Assembly: GCA_964421245.1 (NCBI GenBank)
Contig: CAYQVW010000009.1
Coordinates: 1,404-65,403, forward strand
Reading direction: 5' to 3'
Length of the DNA stretch: 64,000 nt
Origin: an uncultured bacterium
Lineage (GTDB): Bacteria; Margulisbacteria; WOR-1; XYC2-FULL-46-14
Part shown: positions 26,806-36,326 of the stretch, one piece after another
How positions within the stretch are numbered: the first letter of the stretch is position 1
Layout of the letters: every line of letters starts with the position of its first letter
The notes under the pieces: model-generated
Database searches by the model: none
What the model was told of the DNA's origin: nothing
Seen by the model: only the letters and a program-made list of their open reading frames with translations
Translations under genes and position numbers: made by a program

Positions 26806-27387
26806 TCAGTTATCTAAAATTAAAACCGCGGCCGCTAAAACCGTGGTCCAAACACCACGTTGTCCAATGGCCGACTGCGTAATATTGGTGGTGCGAACTA
26901 TCTGATCAGAAAGCTTCCAGGTCTCTTGTCGCTCGTCATAATCAACACTTTCGTCATACTCAATACCAAGTGTTGTAGCTAGCATTTGAGCCGCCATATC
27001 TTCTGCGTAACTACCACACTCTTCATCTGTCTGCCCCCAAGAGTGGTGTTCACTTAAATAACCGTAACTATTTTTATCTGCCGGAAGCGCAAGTCCAACT
27101 GAAGATGAGATTAATCGATGAGATTCATCTGTTTGGTTTCGTGACATAACAATAAAGGTGATCTCACCTGGTTTAATTGTTTGCAGACCTTGTTCTCTTG
27201 AGATCATTTTAGCCCCAGGAGGGAAGATGCTTGAAACCTGAACATAATTTACCGCTTGAATACCAGCAGCCCTAAGTGCCATCTCAAAAGATACCAACTT
27301 TTCTCTGTGACGCCCTACCCCTTTTGTCAAAAAAAGTTTGTCTGGAACAAAAATATTTTTCTTTTCCGGCACAATTATATCAGCCAA
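26806..27387 (-). CDS. pdaD: Pyruvoyl-dependent arginine decarboxylase (PvlArgDC) proenzyme
   Basis: FLTKGVG...[30 protein letters not shown] matches archaeal/chlamydial PdaD/AaxB including the self-cleavage Ser-Ser site (VSS|I). Confidence 0.75.
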   Translation of the reverse strand: MADIIVPEKKNIFVPDKLFLTKGVGRHREKLVSFEMALRAAGIQAVNYVQVSSIFPPGAKMISREQGLQTIKPGEITFIVMSRNQTDESHRLISSSVGLALPADKNSYGYLSEHHSWGQTDEECGSYAEDMAAQMLATTLGIEYDESVDYDERQETWKLSDQIVRTTNITQSAIGQRGVWTTVLAAAVLILDN

Positions 27388-28132
27388 TTCCTGGTCTCCT
27401 TCTCTTTATATCTTTTTCATCCAAGGGACTAACCTCTACCTTTTTAGCAGAATAAATTGATTTGGTCAACAACGGTTTGAATAACTCTTCCACTTTCTCT
27501 ATCTCTTCTTTTGATAAAGCCTTTTCGGCACAATCGCGAGTAGGAGTTCCGATATAAACAATTCTAGGATTAATCTCTTTTGCTAATCGCGCAATATTTG
27601 CTGCATCATCAATGTTCTTTTGGGTTATCATAACCTGCAAAGCTAACCCTTGTTTAAAATTTTTGATCCCTTCAATTATTCTAGCAAGATCAACATCTCC
27701 TCCCGGTTGGTTCATCTTTTTCAAAACGGTATCAGATGCTGCATCCAATTTTGCAATCACCAGATCAATTGATTTTAAATCTTCTTGAACTTTTGGGTCA
27801 GACATGGTTGTAGAGTTAGTTAGCAATGCAATCGGTTTACTTGATCTCTTCTTAATCTCTTGTGCAACTTCTCCGATATTTAAAGCCAGAGTCGGCTCTC
27901 CGGTTCCGGAAAAGGTTATGTAGTCATATTCTAAATCTTTTGGCAGGGATTCGAATTCTTTTATTATTTCATCAGTCGGAATAAAAACCTTTCTCAAAAG
28001 AGTTTTGGCATTACCATTCCCAACCTGGCAATAGAGACAATCAAAGGAACAATATTTGTCTCCCGATATCAGATCAACCCCTAAAGATCGACCTAATCGC
28101 CATGATGCTACGGGACCATATATATATTTCAT
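27380..28132 (-). CDS. Radical SAM protein of unknown specificity
   Basis: [11 protein letters not shown] (CX3CX2C) preceded by [16 protein letters not shown]. Confidence 0.6.
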   Translation of the reverse strand: MKYIYGPVASWRLGRSLGVDLISGDKYCSFDCLYCQVGNGNAKTLLRKVFIPTDEIIKEFESLPKDLEYDYITFSGTGEPTLALNIGEVAQEIKKRSSKPIALLTNSTTMSDPKVQEDLKSIDLVIAKLDAASDTVLKKMNQPGGDVDLARIIEGIKNFKQGLALQVMITQKNIDDAANIARLAKEINPRIVYIGTPTRDCAEKALSKEEIEKVEELFKPLLTKSIYSAKKVEVSPLDEKDIKRRRPGIG

Positions 28133-28905
28133 TAAACTCCTCTAAGAATAGTATTCTTTATGTGTTTTTTAGAAATCTCAACCATTTTTTCAAGTTGATC
28201 TCTTTCGTAAGGCTTAACTTTTACCAAAGACGGATCAAGGGTCTCTTTTGGAACAAATTGCTGCAGGGCAAATTTTTGTGCTCCAGCAATTGATTTTGCC
28301 AAATCCTCAATATCTTTTTCATTAAGTAACGTTGGAACAACTGTGGTTCTAAATTCATAAGGTAATCCTGATGTCATGACAATTCTAATACTTTTCATAA
28401 TATTGTTTATGTCTGTCTTTATTCCAGAAAGCTTATTATATCGCACGTCCAACGGTCCTTTAAGATCCATTGCAATATAGTCAACTAAATTATCTGCAAT
28501 TGCTCTCTGAATAACATCAGGAAATGCCCCATTTGTATCTAACTTGACCCTAAACCCTTGACCCTTGACCCTAATAATAAATTCAAATAGTCCATTCTTC
28601 TCGTGCAAACAAGGTTCTCCTCCGGTTAAACAGATGCCGTCAATAAAATCCTTATGTTCTTTCAGATAACTTTCAATTTTTTCAATAGAAATAAGATCAA
28701 ATTGCTTTGGATCTTCTATCAAACCAGCATTATGGCAAAATGGGCAGCGAAAATTACAGTTTGGCGCGTAGACAACTGCACAAACCTTACCATCCCAATC
28801 CAAAAACGATGTTTCTTGAAACCCTCTAATTTCCATAATTTCTCTCACCAAATATGGCCGTTCCAATACGAACCAGATTCGCCCCTTCTTCAATCGCGAC
28901 CTCAT
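28132..28905 (-). CDS. Radical SAM activase-like protein (NrdG/PflA-like fold)
   Basis: FLDWDGKVCAVVYAPNCNFRCPFCHN (CX3CX2C), with the preceding buried-substrate motif typical of glycyl-radical-enzyme/anaerobic RNR activases. Contains a (CTTGACC)n insertion. Confidence 0.55.
   Translation of the reverse strand: MRSRLKKGRIWFVLERPYLVREIMEIRGFQETSFLDWDGKVCAVVYAPNCNFRCPFCHNAGLIEDPKQFDLISIEKIESYLKEHKDFIDGICLTGGEPCLHEKNGLFEFIIRVKGQGFRVKLDTNGAFPDVIQRAIADNLVDYIAMDLKGPLDVRYNKLSGIKTDINNIMKSIRIVMTSGLPYEFRTTVVPTLLNEKDIEDLAKSIAGAQKFALQQFVPKETLDPSLVKVKPYERDQLEKMVEISKKHIKNTILRGV
28543..28575. repeat. (CTTGACC)n heptamer tandem array inside radical SAM gene
   Basis: cttgacc ctaaacc cttgacc cttgacc; encodes IRVKGQGFRVKLD on the gene strand. 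Confidence 0.8.
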
Positions 28906-29464
28906 AAGAAGAAGACATGCCCATTGATAATATTTCTAAATTTCCAATTTGATCAAACACTTTCTTTGTTTCGACAAAATATGGGCGGACAACCTCTGGA
29001 TTGTCAGAAAATGGCCCCATCGTCATCAAGCCCTTTATTTTAACATTTTTAAGTTCAGAAATTTGTTGGATTAACTGATCAACTTTTTCAGGATACACCC
29101 CGGCCTTCTGTTCTTCTCGCCCACTATTAACCTCAATCAAAATCGGCATTACTTTGCCAATCTTTGCACATTGCTTATCAATCTCTTTAGCTAGCTTCAT
29201 TGAATCAACGGTCTCAATCATATCGAATAACTGAACTGCTTTCTTAACCTTGTTGGTTTGTAAGTGTCCTATAAAATGAACCTTGACCCTTGGAACTTGC
29301 CCCTTGACCCTATCCCATTCCTGAACATAATTCTCCCCTACTATAGTAATACCAGCCTCAATGGCCTCTTTAATTTCTTCAGGAGTTCTGGTCTTTGCAG
29401 CAGCAACTAATTTTACATTGGGAGGTAACTCGGATAATATCTTTTTAACGTTTTCTTTGATCAT
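28826..29464 (-). CDS. yggS: YggS-family pyridoxal-phosphate homeostasis protein (alanine racemase N-terminal-like barrel)
   Basis: KLVAAAKTRTPEEIKEAIEAGITIVGENYVQE...HFIGHLQTNKVK...ILIEVNSG...GLMTMGP matches YggS/PLPHP. Confidence 0.8.
   Translation of the reverse strand: MIKENVKKILSELPPNVKLVAAAKTRTPEEIKEAIEAGITIVGENYVQEWDRVKGQVPRVKVHFIGHLQTNKVKKAVQLFDMIETVDSMKLAKEIDKQCAKIGKVMPILIEVNSGREEQKAGVYPEKVDQLIQQISELKNVKIKGLMTMGPFSDNPEVVRPYFVETKKVFDQIGNLEILSMGMSSSYEVAIEEGANLVRIGTAIFGERNYGN
29282..29309. repeat. (CTTGACC)n-like array inside yggS
   Basis: cttgacc cttggaa cttgccc cttgacc; encodes DRVKGQVPRVKVH. Confidence 0.75.
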
Positions 29465-30407
29465 TTGATATCATTTCTAATAAAATCAATGCAACTTGCT
29501 TGCTATAGCGTTTTGAGATATTAAGCGGATCTAAACCGGGCCAACCCCAACAAGCGGTGTGTATAACACCTTCTACTTCATAAGAAATATTATCCAATGA
29601 AGTCGGATGCATGGACTCGATTGGGGACTGGCCGGCAGGATTAGCAACTAAATCCGTGATAACCGCACCCTTTTTAAAAAGCTTGAGCATCTCTTTTTTA
29701 ATTAAAATCACTTTACCACGCTTATCCATTGGCCAATTAAGACCGTTAACCAAAATATCACACCCTGGAATATGTTTTTCCATCTCATAAATATCTTTTT
29801 TATTCAAAATAGTTACTTTTGCAAACTTTCTGGCGGCCGCCTTGATCGCCCCATAAGCAACCATGCCATACCCCATTACTTTGACAACACATTTTTCAGG
29901 ATTTCCCTTCTGCCTCGCCGGCTCGCCTCGCGAAGCGGGCAGGCGGGTCCATAATTCAAAACCCTTCTCCATTCCAAGCCGCCCTGTATCCTCTAATGCC
30001 TCAATTCTTCTTCTTCCCAAAGAATCCTTAATTTCTCCCATTGAAATACCATCAATCTTGTATCTATCAAGAAGTTTCTTTAGCTCCGGTTGTCCCGGCA
30101 AGTGAAGCATAGATAAAATAGAGCTTCCCGGCTTCATTAATTTTAATTCTTCTTCATTCGGCTCTTTTAGCCTAACAACAAGATCGCAAGAATAGACCTC
30201 TTTACGAGAAACAACAGATGCTTTGGCCTTCTTATACTCTTCATCGCTTACACCAATTCCCAAACCAGCCCCTTCCTCAACAAAAACATTGGATATTCCT
30301 TTTATATCTTCTGGAAGAAGAATTACACGTTTTTCCTGAGGACGATTTTCAGAAGCGACACCGATTTTCATTTTAGACATCCATATGAGTGAATTTTTTT
30401 TCTTCAA
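29445..30407 (-). CDS. AlaDH/PNT-family NAD(P)-dependent dehydrogenase (alanine dehydrogenase / carboxyethyl-ornithine synthase-like), ~310 aa
   Basis: N-terminal KIGVASENRPQEKRVILLPEDIKGISNVFVEEGAGLGIG matches the AlaDH/PNT N-domain. VKVMGYGMVAYGAIKAA is the Rossmann motif. Carries a 46-nt GC-rich in-frame insert (LPASRGEPARQKG). True start may be the internal MKIGV. Confidence 0.55.
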   Translation of the reverse strand: MKKKNSLIWMSKMKIGVASENRPQEKRVILLPEDIKGISNVFVEEGAGLGIGVSDEEYKKAKASVVSRKEVYSCDLVVRLKEPNEEELKLMKPGSSILSMLHLPGQPELKKLLDRYKIDGISMGEIKDSLGRRRIEALEDTGRLGMEKGFELWTRLPASRGEPARQKGNPEKCVVKVMGYGMVAYGAIKAAARKFAKVTILNKKDIYEMEKHIPGCDILVNGLNWPMDKRGKVILIKKEMLKLFKKGAVITDLVANPAGQSPIESMHPTSLDNISYEVEGVIHTACWGWPGLDPLNISKRYSKQVALILLEMISNDQRKR

Positions 30408-31419
30408 AATTGCGGTAAATATACTTCTTTCCTTTTTTCTTAACTAAATAATCTGGGGAAAGAGGTATTTTTCCACCACCATTTTCAATATCTAAAATAA
30501 GTTTTGGGACAGCTAATCCAGATGTATGGCCTATAACCTTTCTCATTATTTTCAAAGCCTGATCAATTGAAACCCTAAAGTGATGAGACCCTTCAACAGC
30601 ATCTGGAATATAAATATAATATGGACGAACTAATATTTTGAGTAATTTCTCATTAAGCTCAATTAAAGTCTTTGGGTTATCATTTACCCCTTTTAGCAAA
30701 ACAGACTGATTCCCCATTAAAATCCCATGATCTGTTAGCAGTTTACAGGCTTTCGTCGCTTCTTTGGTTATTTCTCGAGGATGGTTAAAATGGGTCAAAA
30801 AATAGAGTGGTTGATATTTTTTGAGCATCTTACAAAGCTTGGGCGTTATTCTTTGTGGAAGAGTACAAGGTGTTCTCGAATCAATTCTAACAATTTCTAC
30901 ATGCTTTATCTTTTTTAACTCTTTAAGATAACGCTCTATTTTACTATCATCCAGAAGCAATGGATCTCCTCCAGAAATAATAACATCCCTGACTTTCTTT
31001 TTTGCTTTGATATACTTTATTGCTCTATTAAAATCTTTATCTGACAAAGTGGCATACTTCTTCCCAACTTTTCTCTTTCTAGTACAAAAGCGGCAGTACA
31101 TTGCACATTTATTTGAGACCAAAAGCAAAACACGATCCGGATAGCGATGAACAACCCCAAAAATCGGGGTATGTTTCTCTTCATTCAGTGGGTCTAAATT
31201 ACCATCTCTATTAATAATCTCTTCTGAATCGGGAATACACTGTTTCCAAATCGGATCATTTTTTTTCTTAATTAAACTCAAATAATAACGATTAACTAAA
31301 AGCGGAAAACGATGAGCAACCTCATCAATATCCCCATTTCCAATCTTTTTAGGATCAATAATTGCGTTTTTAAATAGTTTTTTCCAGTCAGACACCAATT
31401 CCTCCAATAATCTGTTCAA
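30373..31419 (-). CDS. kamA: KamA-family radical SAM aminomutase (lysine 2,3-aminomutase / EpmB-like)
   Basis: CAMYCRFCTRKRKVG is the KamA-family CX3CX2C cluster. 348 aa is in the EpmB/KamA size range. Confidence 0.75.
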   Translation of the reverse strand: MNRLLEELVSDWKKLFKNAIIDPKKIGNGDIDEVAHRFPLLVNRYYLSLIKKKNDPIWKQCIPDSEEIINRDGNLDPLNEEKHTPIFGVVHRYPDRVLLLVSNKCAMYCRFCTRKRKVGKKYATLSDKDFNRAIKYIKAKKKVRDVIISGGDPLLLDDSKIERYLKELKKIKHVEIVRIDSRTPCTLPQRITPKLCKMLKKYQPLYFLTHFNHPREITKEATKACKLLTDHGILMGNQSVLLKGVNDNPKTLIELNEKLLKILVRPYYIYIPDAVEGSHHFRVSIDQALKIMRKVIGHTSGLAVPKLILDIENGGGKIPLSPDYLVKKKGKKYIYRNFEEKKFTHMDV

Positions 31420-32206
31420 GCTCGCTCACATTTACAAATCTAGCATAACGCTTTAAAAGATTAAGGGTAAATTTAATTTTGAACCGACTTATTACTGAAG
31501 CAAATTCAAAAGTGTGAGCAAGTACCGATAGAATAATCATACCTTGCTTGGAGTCTTTCTTCAAGCGCCTAATCTTCTTCCAAATACTGTATATAGACTC
31601 TTTCTCAATATAAAACCCAAGCGGAATTTCGATAACCTTACTATTACCTTCCCTTCTATGATCCTGATAGTCTAGTTGATAATAATTAGTGGGAGCATTT
31701 CTCCAATCAGAGACCAAATTGTTCCCATGAAACAAATGGCGTCCAGGATTACACGAAAAATCAAACTTAATTTTATTTTCTTCAAGAATTGGAATAGTCT
31801 TTGGAGAAAAAGCCAGATACCCACCACGATAAGAAAACGGATTTAATCCTGCCTCCCTCAAGCCCTTTGTAAAACTAGAAATCGCTCGCTTCATCTTTCC
31901 AGAATCATTAAAATAATATGCCCTGCGCGGATCATCTTCGTGGCAGTGAACCCCAACATTCCCATTGTTATTTTCGATTTTCTTCCAACACTTAATAAAC
32001 TCCGGTCTTAAGAAAAAGTCGCGAGCTCGTGGAGAAGTATGAACAAAATGAATGAATTTTCCATCTATAACTGATGAGGCAAGCTCAATCTCTTTATCAA
32101 TCAGAGGAAGCAACGTCGATAGATTAGGCCTTCTCTCCTCTTCAGACAGGTGGGGATTGAAATATTCATCCCAATCCCCATCAATTGTAAAAACTAAATT
32201 GATCAA
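31388..32206 (-). CDS. Hypothetical protein, first gene of the operon
   Basis: 272 aa, no clear motifs (FTIDGDWDEY, VGVHCHEDDP). Overlaps kamA start by 32 nt. Confidence 0.35.
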   Translation of the reverse strand: MINLVFTIDGDWDEYFNPHLSEEERRPNLSTLLPLIDKEIELASSVIDGKFIHFVHTSPRARDFFLRPEFIKCWKKIENNNGNVGVHCHEDDPRRAYYFNDSGKMKRAISSFTKGLREAGLNPFSYRGGYLAFSPKTIPILEENKIKFDFSCNPGRHLFHGNNLVSDWRNAPTNYYQLDYQDHRREGNSKVIEIPLGFYIEKESIYSIWKKIRRLKKDSKQGMIILSVLAHTFEFASVISRFKIKFTLNLLKRYARFVNVSELEQIIGGIGV

Positions 32207-32211
32207 TAAAC

Positions 32212-33498
32212 CTAATTACCAGAATAGAGATTCAAACTAACTTCTGTTCCAGTTAGATCTTGAGTAGTAGTTCCATCGGCCACGGTAATCGTTGTTGGAG
32301 AAGCTACTCCACCCGCTCCATATGCACCATAATAATCACCGGAAGAGAGCACACCATTGCCGTCAACATCAAGGAGAAAGACGGCAATAAAGCTTCCAGA
32401 AGGAAGGCCCGAACTATTTATCGATAAACTAGAAAATGATCCGGCATCAGCTTGATTAACTCCAAGCGTTAACATCGGGGGACCACCAGCCGAATAAGAT
32501 GCCAGACTTGAATAAGCATCGGCAATCAAAGGAGTACTACTGCTTAAGGTAATAGGAGTAGATACTGAAGCGGTAAAGTCAACTGATCCACCTCCCTTAG
32601 GTGTCTGTGCTCCTCCATCACCACCTTCAAGAGCAGATATTGTAAAAGCTGGAGATAGTGATGTTGTTACCGTCTCTTGAGCTACTACTGTTACAGGAGA
32701 AATAGTTCCATCCCAAGGCTCCGCTCCGCCAGCTGTATAACCCTTATCACCTATCTGTGGAGGGCTATGTCCCGACTGTTCTGTAATAAACTCGATTGCC
32801 ATAAAATACCATGTGCCCGGTTTAAGCTGCATAGTACCAGTAGCGGTACCATCTCCATTATTGGTCATTGTAGAAACAAAAGAAGGGCCAGCTTGCTGTT
32901 GAAATGAAGCAAACGCACCTAGCTCCACCTTTTTTCCAGCAGTAACCCCAGAAGCAATATTAGCAGTAATGGTACCTATTTTGGAAGTATCAACAACCAC
33001 ATTCTCACCGGTGAAGTGAAAAAGAGGAGGATTATCCGGAAAATAAGTAGCAAAGGTTGTTCCTGAAATATCTGATGCTGACATATGTGCATTAAAAAGC
33101 AATTTTCCACCAGAATAAATAATCGGTTTAATATTCTCAACAATCTCACTAAAATCTTCATTCCCACCACTTTTCGCCTTCAATATTGGCAATATCTCCC
33201 TCTCGTTGGTCCCTTGAACAAATTTGATCGAGGAAACTGTAAAACCAATCTGGCTGTAGCTTCCTGCTGGTGGAGGAGTAATTGTAATTGAAGACCCAGA
33301 AGTACTCTTGGCGGCTGAACTCAAGATGTTTACTACATCCGAGGAAGTGGTCAATGAAATCCAAGATGAATTCTCATCCGTCCTTATTTTAAAATCACTA
33401 AAGGTAACCTGCAGCTCAAGGTCACTCGGAAGGGTTGCTGCGAAAGAAGAAAACGCGAACAGAGATAATAAGATTAATACTAGAAAAAATCTTTTCAT
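32212..33498 (-). CDS. Secreted Ser/Thr/Gly-rich protein with C-terminal Ca-binding-like DxDxNG motif
   Basis: Signal peptide MKRFFLVLILLSLFAFSSFAA with GGAGG RBS 7 nt upstream of this Met; ORF-track start at 33528 is probably too long. DVDGNGVLSSGD near C-terminus. Confidence 0.5.
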   Translation of the reverse strand: MKRFFLVLILLSLFAFSSFAATLPSDLELQVTFSDFKIRTDENSSWISLTTSSDVVNILSSAAKSTSGSSITITPPPAGSYSQIGFTVSSIKFVQGTNEREILPILKAKSGGNEDFSEIVENIKPIIYSGGKLLFNAHMSASDISGTTFATYFPDNPPLFHFTGENVVVDTSKIGTITANIASGVTAGKKVELGAFASFQQQAGPSFVSTMTNNGDGTATGTMQLKPGTWYFMAIEFITEQSGHSPPQIGDKGYTAGGAEPWDGTISPVTVVAQETVTTSLSPAFTISALEGGDGGAQTPKGGGSVDFTASVSTPITLSSSTPLIADAYSSLASYSAGGPPMLTLGVNQADAGSFSSLSINSSGLPSGSFIAVFLLDVDGNGVLSSGDYYGAYGAGGVASPTTITVADGTTTQDLTGTEVSLNLYSGN

Positions 33499-33511
33499 TT
33501 CTATGCCTCCC

Positions 33512-33664
33512 CTATTCTTCAATAGCATATGGGCTAATGTTTGTTATACCCATAGAATTGCTATCACTCGACGAAGTAGTATTCTGCTTTCCGCAACCAG
33601 AAAAAACAAGGAAACCGACTATCAACGCAATAACCCCGAACAGAAGCACCCATTTCAACTTCAT
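33512..33664 (-). CDS. Small lipoprotein (50 aa) not in ORF track
   Basis: MKLKWVLLFGVIALIVGFLVFSGCGKQNTTSSSDSNSMGITNISPYAIEE. Lipobox VFSGC. Strong RBS AGGAGGG 7 nt upstream of ATG. Confidence 0.5.
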   Translation of the reverse strand: MKLKWVLLFGVIALIVGFLVFSGCGKQNTTSSSDSNSMGITNISPYAIEE

Positions 33665-33739
33665 AAATAATCCCTCCTACTTAAGATTTGATCAATTTTA
33701 GGCTCAAAATCAAATATTGTCAATATGTTATAATTTTAT

Positions 33740-34378
33740 ATGGCTTCCTGCAAAATATGTTCTAATAAAACAAAAAAGATCTATGACAGCCAATACGATC
33801 AAAACTACTATTATTGTGACAATTGTGAGTTTATCTGCTTAGAAGAAAACAAGATAATTTCTTCCGCTCAAGAGAAAAAAGAGTATCAATTTCATCAAAA
33901 CAATTTTGAGAACGATGGTTATGTAAATATGTTTCGCAAATTTATTGATAAGGCTATTCGACCACATAAATCAAGTATAAAAACTGCTCTAGATTTTGGT
34001 TCCGGTCCTGGACCAGTGCTTGCGGAACTCCTAAAACAAGAAGGCTTTGAAACAGATGTCTATGATAAGTATTTTTCACCAGAAAAAATTCATTTAAACA
34101 AAAAATATGACTTGATTACAGCAACCGAGCTCTTTGAACATTTAAAAGCCCCCCTCCCTACCCTAAAACTCCTAAAATCCCTTCTAAACAAAAATGGGAT
34201 TATAGCTATCATGACCCTCTTTCATAAAAACGATATTGAAGAATTTAAAAAGTGGTGGTATCGACGCGATTCGACTCATATCTCTTTTTATACTCCAAAG
34301 ACATTTGAATGCATGGCAAACCTATTAGGCATGAAAACTAAAATAGTGGACCAAAAAAACATCTGTCTGCTACAATAG
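33740..34378 (+). CDS. Class I SAM-dependent methyltransferase with N-terminal Cys4 zinc ribbon
   Basis: CKICSN...CDNCEF zinc ribbon. LDFGSGPGPVLAELL methyltransferase motif I. Confidence 0.6.
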   Translation: MASCKICSNKTKKIYDSQYDQNYYYCDNCEFICLEENKIISSAQEKKEYQFHQNNFENDGYVNMFRKFIDKAIRPHKSSIKTALDFGSGPGPVLAELLKQEGFETDVYDKYFSPEKIHLNKKYDLITATELFEHLKAPLPTLKLLKSLLNKNGIIAIMTLFHKNDIEEFKKWWYRRDSTHISFYTPKTFECMANLLGMKTKIVDQKNICLLQ

Positions 34379-34381
34379 GAC

Positions 34382-35191
34382 ATGCGCTTATTATACATCT
34401 TTTTAGTACTCTTACTATTAAACACCAGTATGCTTGCCATGGAATCAGAAGAGCTCCCTTTTAATATTCCCGGAATAAAACTCTATCGGGTTCACGATAA
34501 AGATGAGTTGGCTCAAATTGAAAAAGAAAATCCAAATTTTAGATTCGCCGCTTATTCAAAACAGCTGATAACTAAAAATGGGAATAAATTTAGCCCCGCT
34601 GAAATTGACCTAGCCCTAAAAGAGATAAATTATATTCCAAAAAATAAAACCGAGGCAATTACTGCAGCTACTAAAATTGCCTTAATGAAAGAAGATCATC
34701 CAAGCGAGTTGCTTAATTCTGAGCTTATAAAAGACAAAACCGCCAGGATCCATATTGGGGATATTGATGTGTTATATGAAAACGAACTCACAGATTTTTC
34801 TGAAGATAAATATAAAAAAGTTTGGAAAGCGCTAATTAGGAATAGATATATAGATAAAAACGGGATAATCCAGTCCAGGTTTAACCCTAAAAACATTGGA
34901 CGCTTCCATCCTCCAATCAGATTAACCAAAAAAGAAAAAGAGGCAGTTTTTGATGAGCTTAGAATGTCCCTTTCTAGTGCAATCTATCCAAAAATTATCA
35001 AAAAAATCCACCCGCCTAAAGTTAAAAAGAAAAAAGGTTATTACGAGGTTATTTTGTTTGGTTATAAAAGGGCGCAGGCCGGCTGGCCGCAAGAGTGGGT
35101 TATAAAATACAAAGTCTTAGTCGGCCTCGGCATTTACAATATTGAAGAAAGAAAAAAGCTCTGGACCGTTAAGAGCAGATATAAATGGTAG
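34382..35191 (+). CDS. Hypothetical secreted protein
   Basis: Signal peptide MRLLYIFLVLLLLNTSMLA. No recognisable domain. Confidence 0.4.
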   Translation: MRLLYIFLVLLLLNTSMLAMESEELPFNIPGIKLYRVHDKDELAQIEKENPNFRFAAYSKQLITKNGNKFSPAEIDLALKEINYIPKNKTEAITAATKIALMKEDHPSELLNSELIKDKTARIHIGDIDVLYENELTDFSEDKYKKVWKALIRNRYIDKNGIIQSRFNPKNIGRFHPPIRLTKKEKEAVFDELRMSLSSAIYPKIIKKIHPPKVKKKKGYYEVILFGYKRAQAGWPQEWVIKYKVLVGLGIYNIEERKKLWTVKSRYKW

Positions 35192-35215
35192 AGAATATTC
35201 TGAATTCTGCCTAAA

Positions 35216-36244
35216 TCACCTAAAATTTCTCAAAGGCAAAGTATCTGTTCCAATATTCCAATCAGAAATAGTAGGCGGACGATTTAAAATTCTGCGAAGA
35301 AAAGAGTGATGATCTTTCAATATATTTATAAATTTCTCCCTTTTGTCTGGCTGAAAGTTATCAAGTTCAGAAAAAATCCAACTATCTGCCTCAACAATTG
35401 ATAAAACTAAATAAGGAAAAAGCATCTCTTTTTCTTCATCGGTTAATCTTATCCCAGCTCTCCTTAATAAAACAGGTAATTCAGAAAAAAGATCTAAGAC
35501 TGTCTCTTCATCAGCATATTCAAGAGCCAACATTATAAACCTTGCTATCTCTTTTATTCTTTTATCGGGCATTGAATTGTCCCAATCAACAATCTTATAT
35601 CCTATTGCCATAATTATTGTATTTTCACCCTTCAAATCTCCATGAATATATCTCACAGGAAGAGCCGCATACTTTCTCCCAAAAACAGGGTCGCAAGTAA
35701 AATAATGCGCAAGTCTTCTCTCTGTTTCTACAATTTCAGAATCAACATCTGGAATAAATCTTCTAATAGCAGAGATGTCATATATAGCAAATCCATTTTC
35801 AGCAATAAACTGCAAATCATTTTGTACAATAGGACTTCTTCCTTTTTGATACTGATCTGAAATACACAACATTTCCACAAAAGCAGTTTTCACATCATCT
35901 AAGGTTGCAACTCGAACCGGATGTGCATATTCATATAAGACAAAAACACGACCATCTTCTCTAATCTCTCCCAAGGGCTTTGTTACAGATCTTGAAAGCT
36001 GAGATAAATTCTTAACATGGCGAAACTGACCTCTTATATTATAACTATCCAAATACTCAACCGGTTTTAAGACAGCCTGCCTGCCACTACCAAATGTCAG
36101 ATGTAAAGTACCTTCCACATGCCCAGAAGTTAAAGGACGAGCAGAAACATAGGGGTCTCTTCCTAATCGAATTTGCGGCAAACACTGTTGAATATATCTG
36201 GTATTGAATAAATCACCAGCACGCCCAAAGAATACTCCACTCAT
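35216..36244 (-). CDS. Aminoglycoside phosphotransferase/choline-kinase-like protein kinase fold protein
   Basis: YIHGDLKGENTII (catalytic loop HGDxxxxN) and IVDWDNSMPD (DxD/DWD metal site). Confidence 0.55.
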   Translation of the reverse strand: MSGVFFGRAGDLFNTRYIQQCLPQIRLGRDPYVSARPLTSGHVEGTLHLTFGSGRQAVLKPVEYLDSYNIRGQFRHVKNLSQLSRSVTKPLGEIREDGRVFVLYEYAHPVRVATLDDVKTAFVEMLCISDQYQKGRSPIVQNDLQFIAENGFAIYDISAIRRFIPDVDSEIVETERRLAHYFTCDPVFGRKYAALPVRYIHGDLKGENTIIMAIGYKIVDWDNSMPDKRIKEIARFIMLALEYADEETVLDLFSELPVLLRRAGIRLTDEEKEMLFPYLVLSIVEADSWIFSELDNFQPDKREKFINILKDHHSFLRRILNRPPTISDWNIGTDTLPLRNFR

Positions 36245-36326
36245 TATTTTATCCTCTAATGTATTATCGTATAAATAAAGCTAAAATTTCATAGAATAAG
36301 AATTAAGATGAAGAATTAAGAAAAAA

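Noticed and set aside
33308-33670. 120-aa plus-strand ORF
   Set aside because: Fully overlaps the start region of the secreted-protein gene and the well-supported small lipoprotein gene on the other strand. Low-complexity product.
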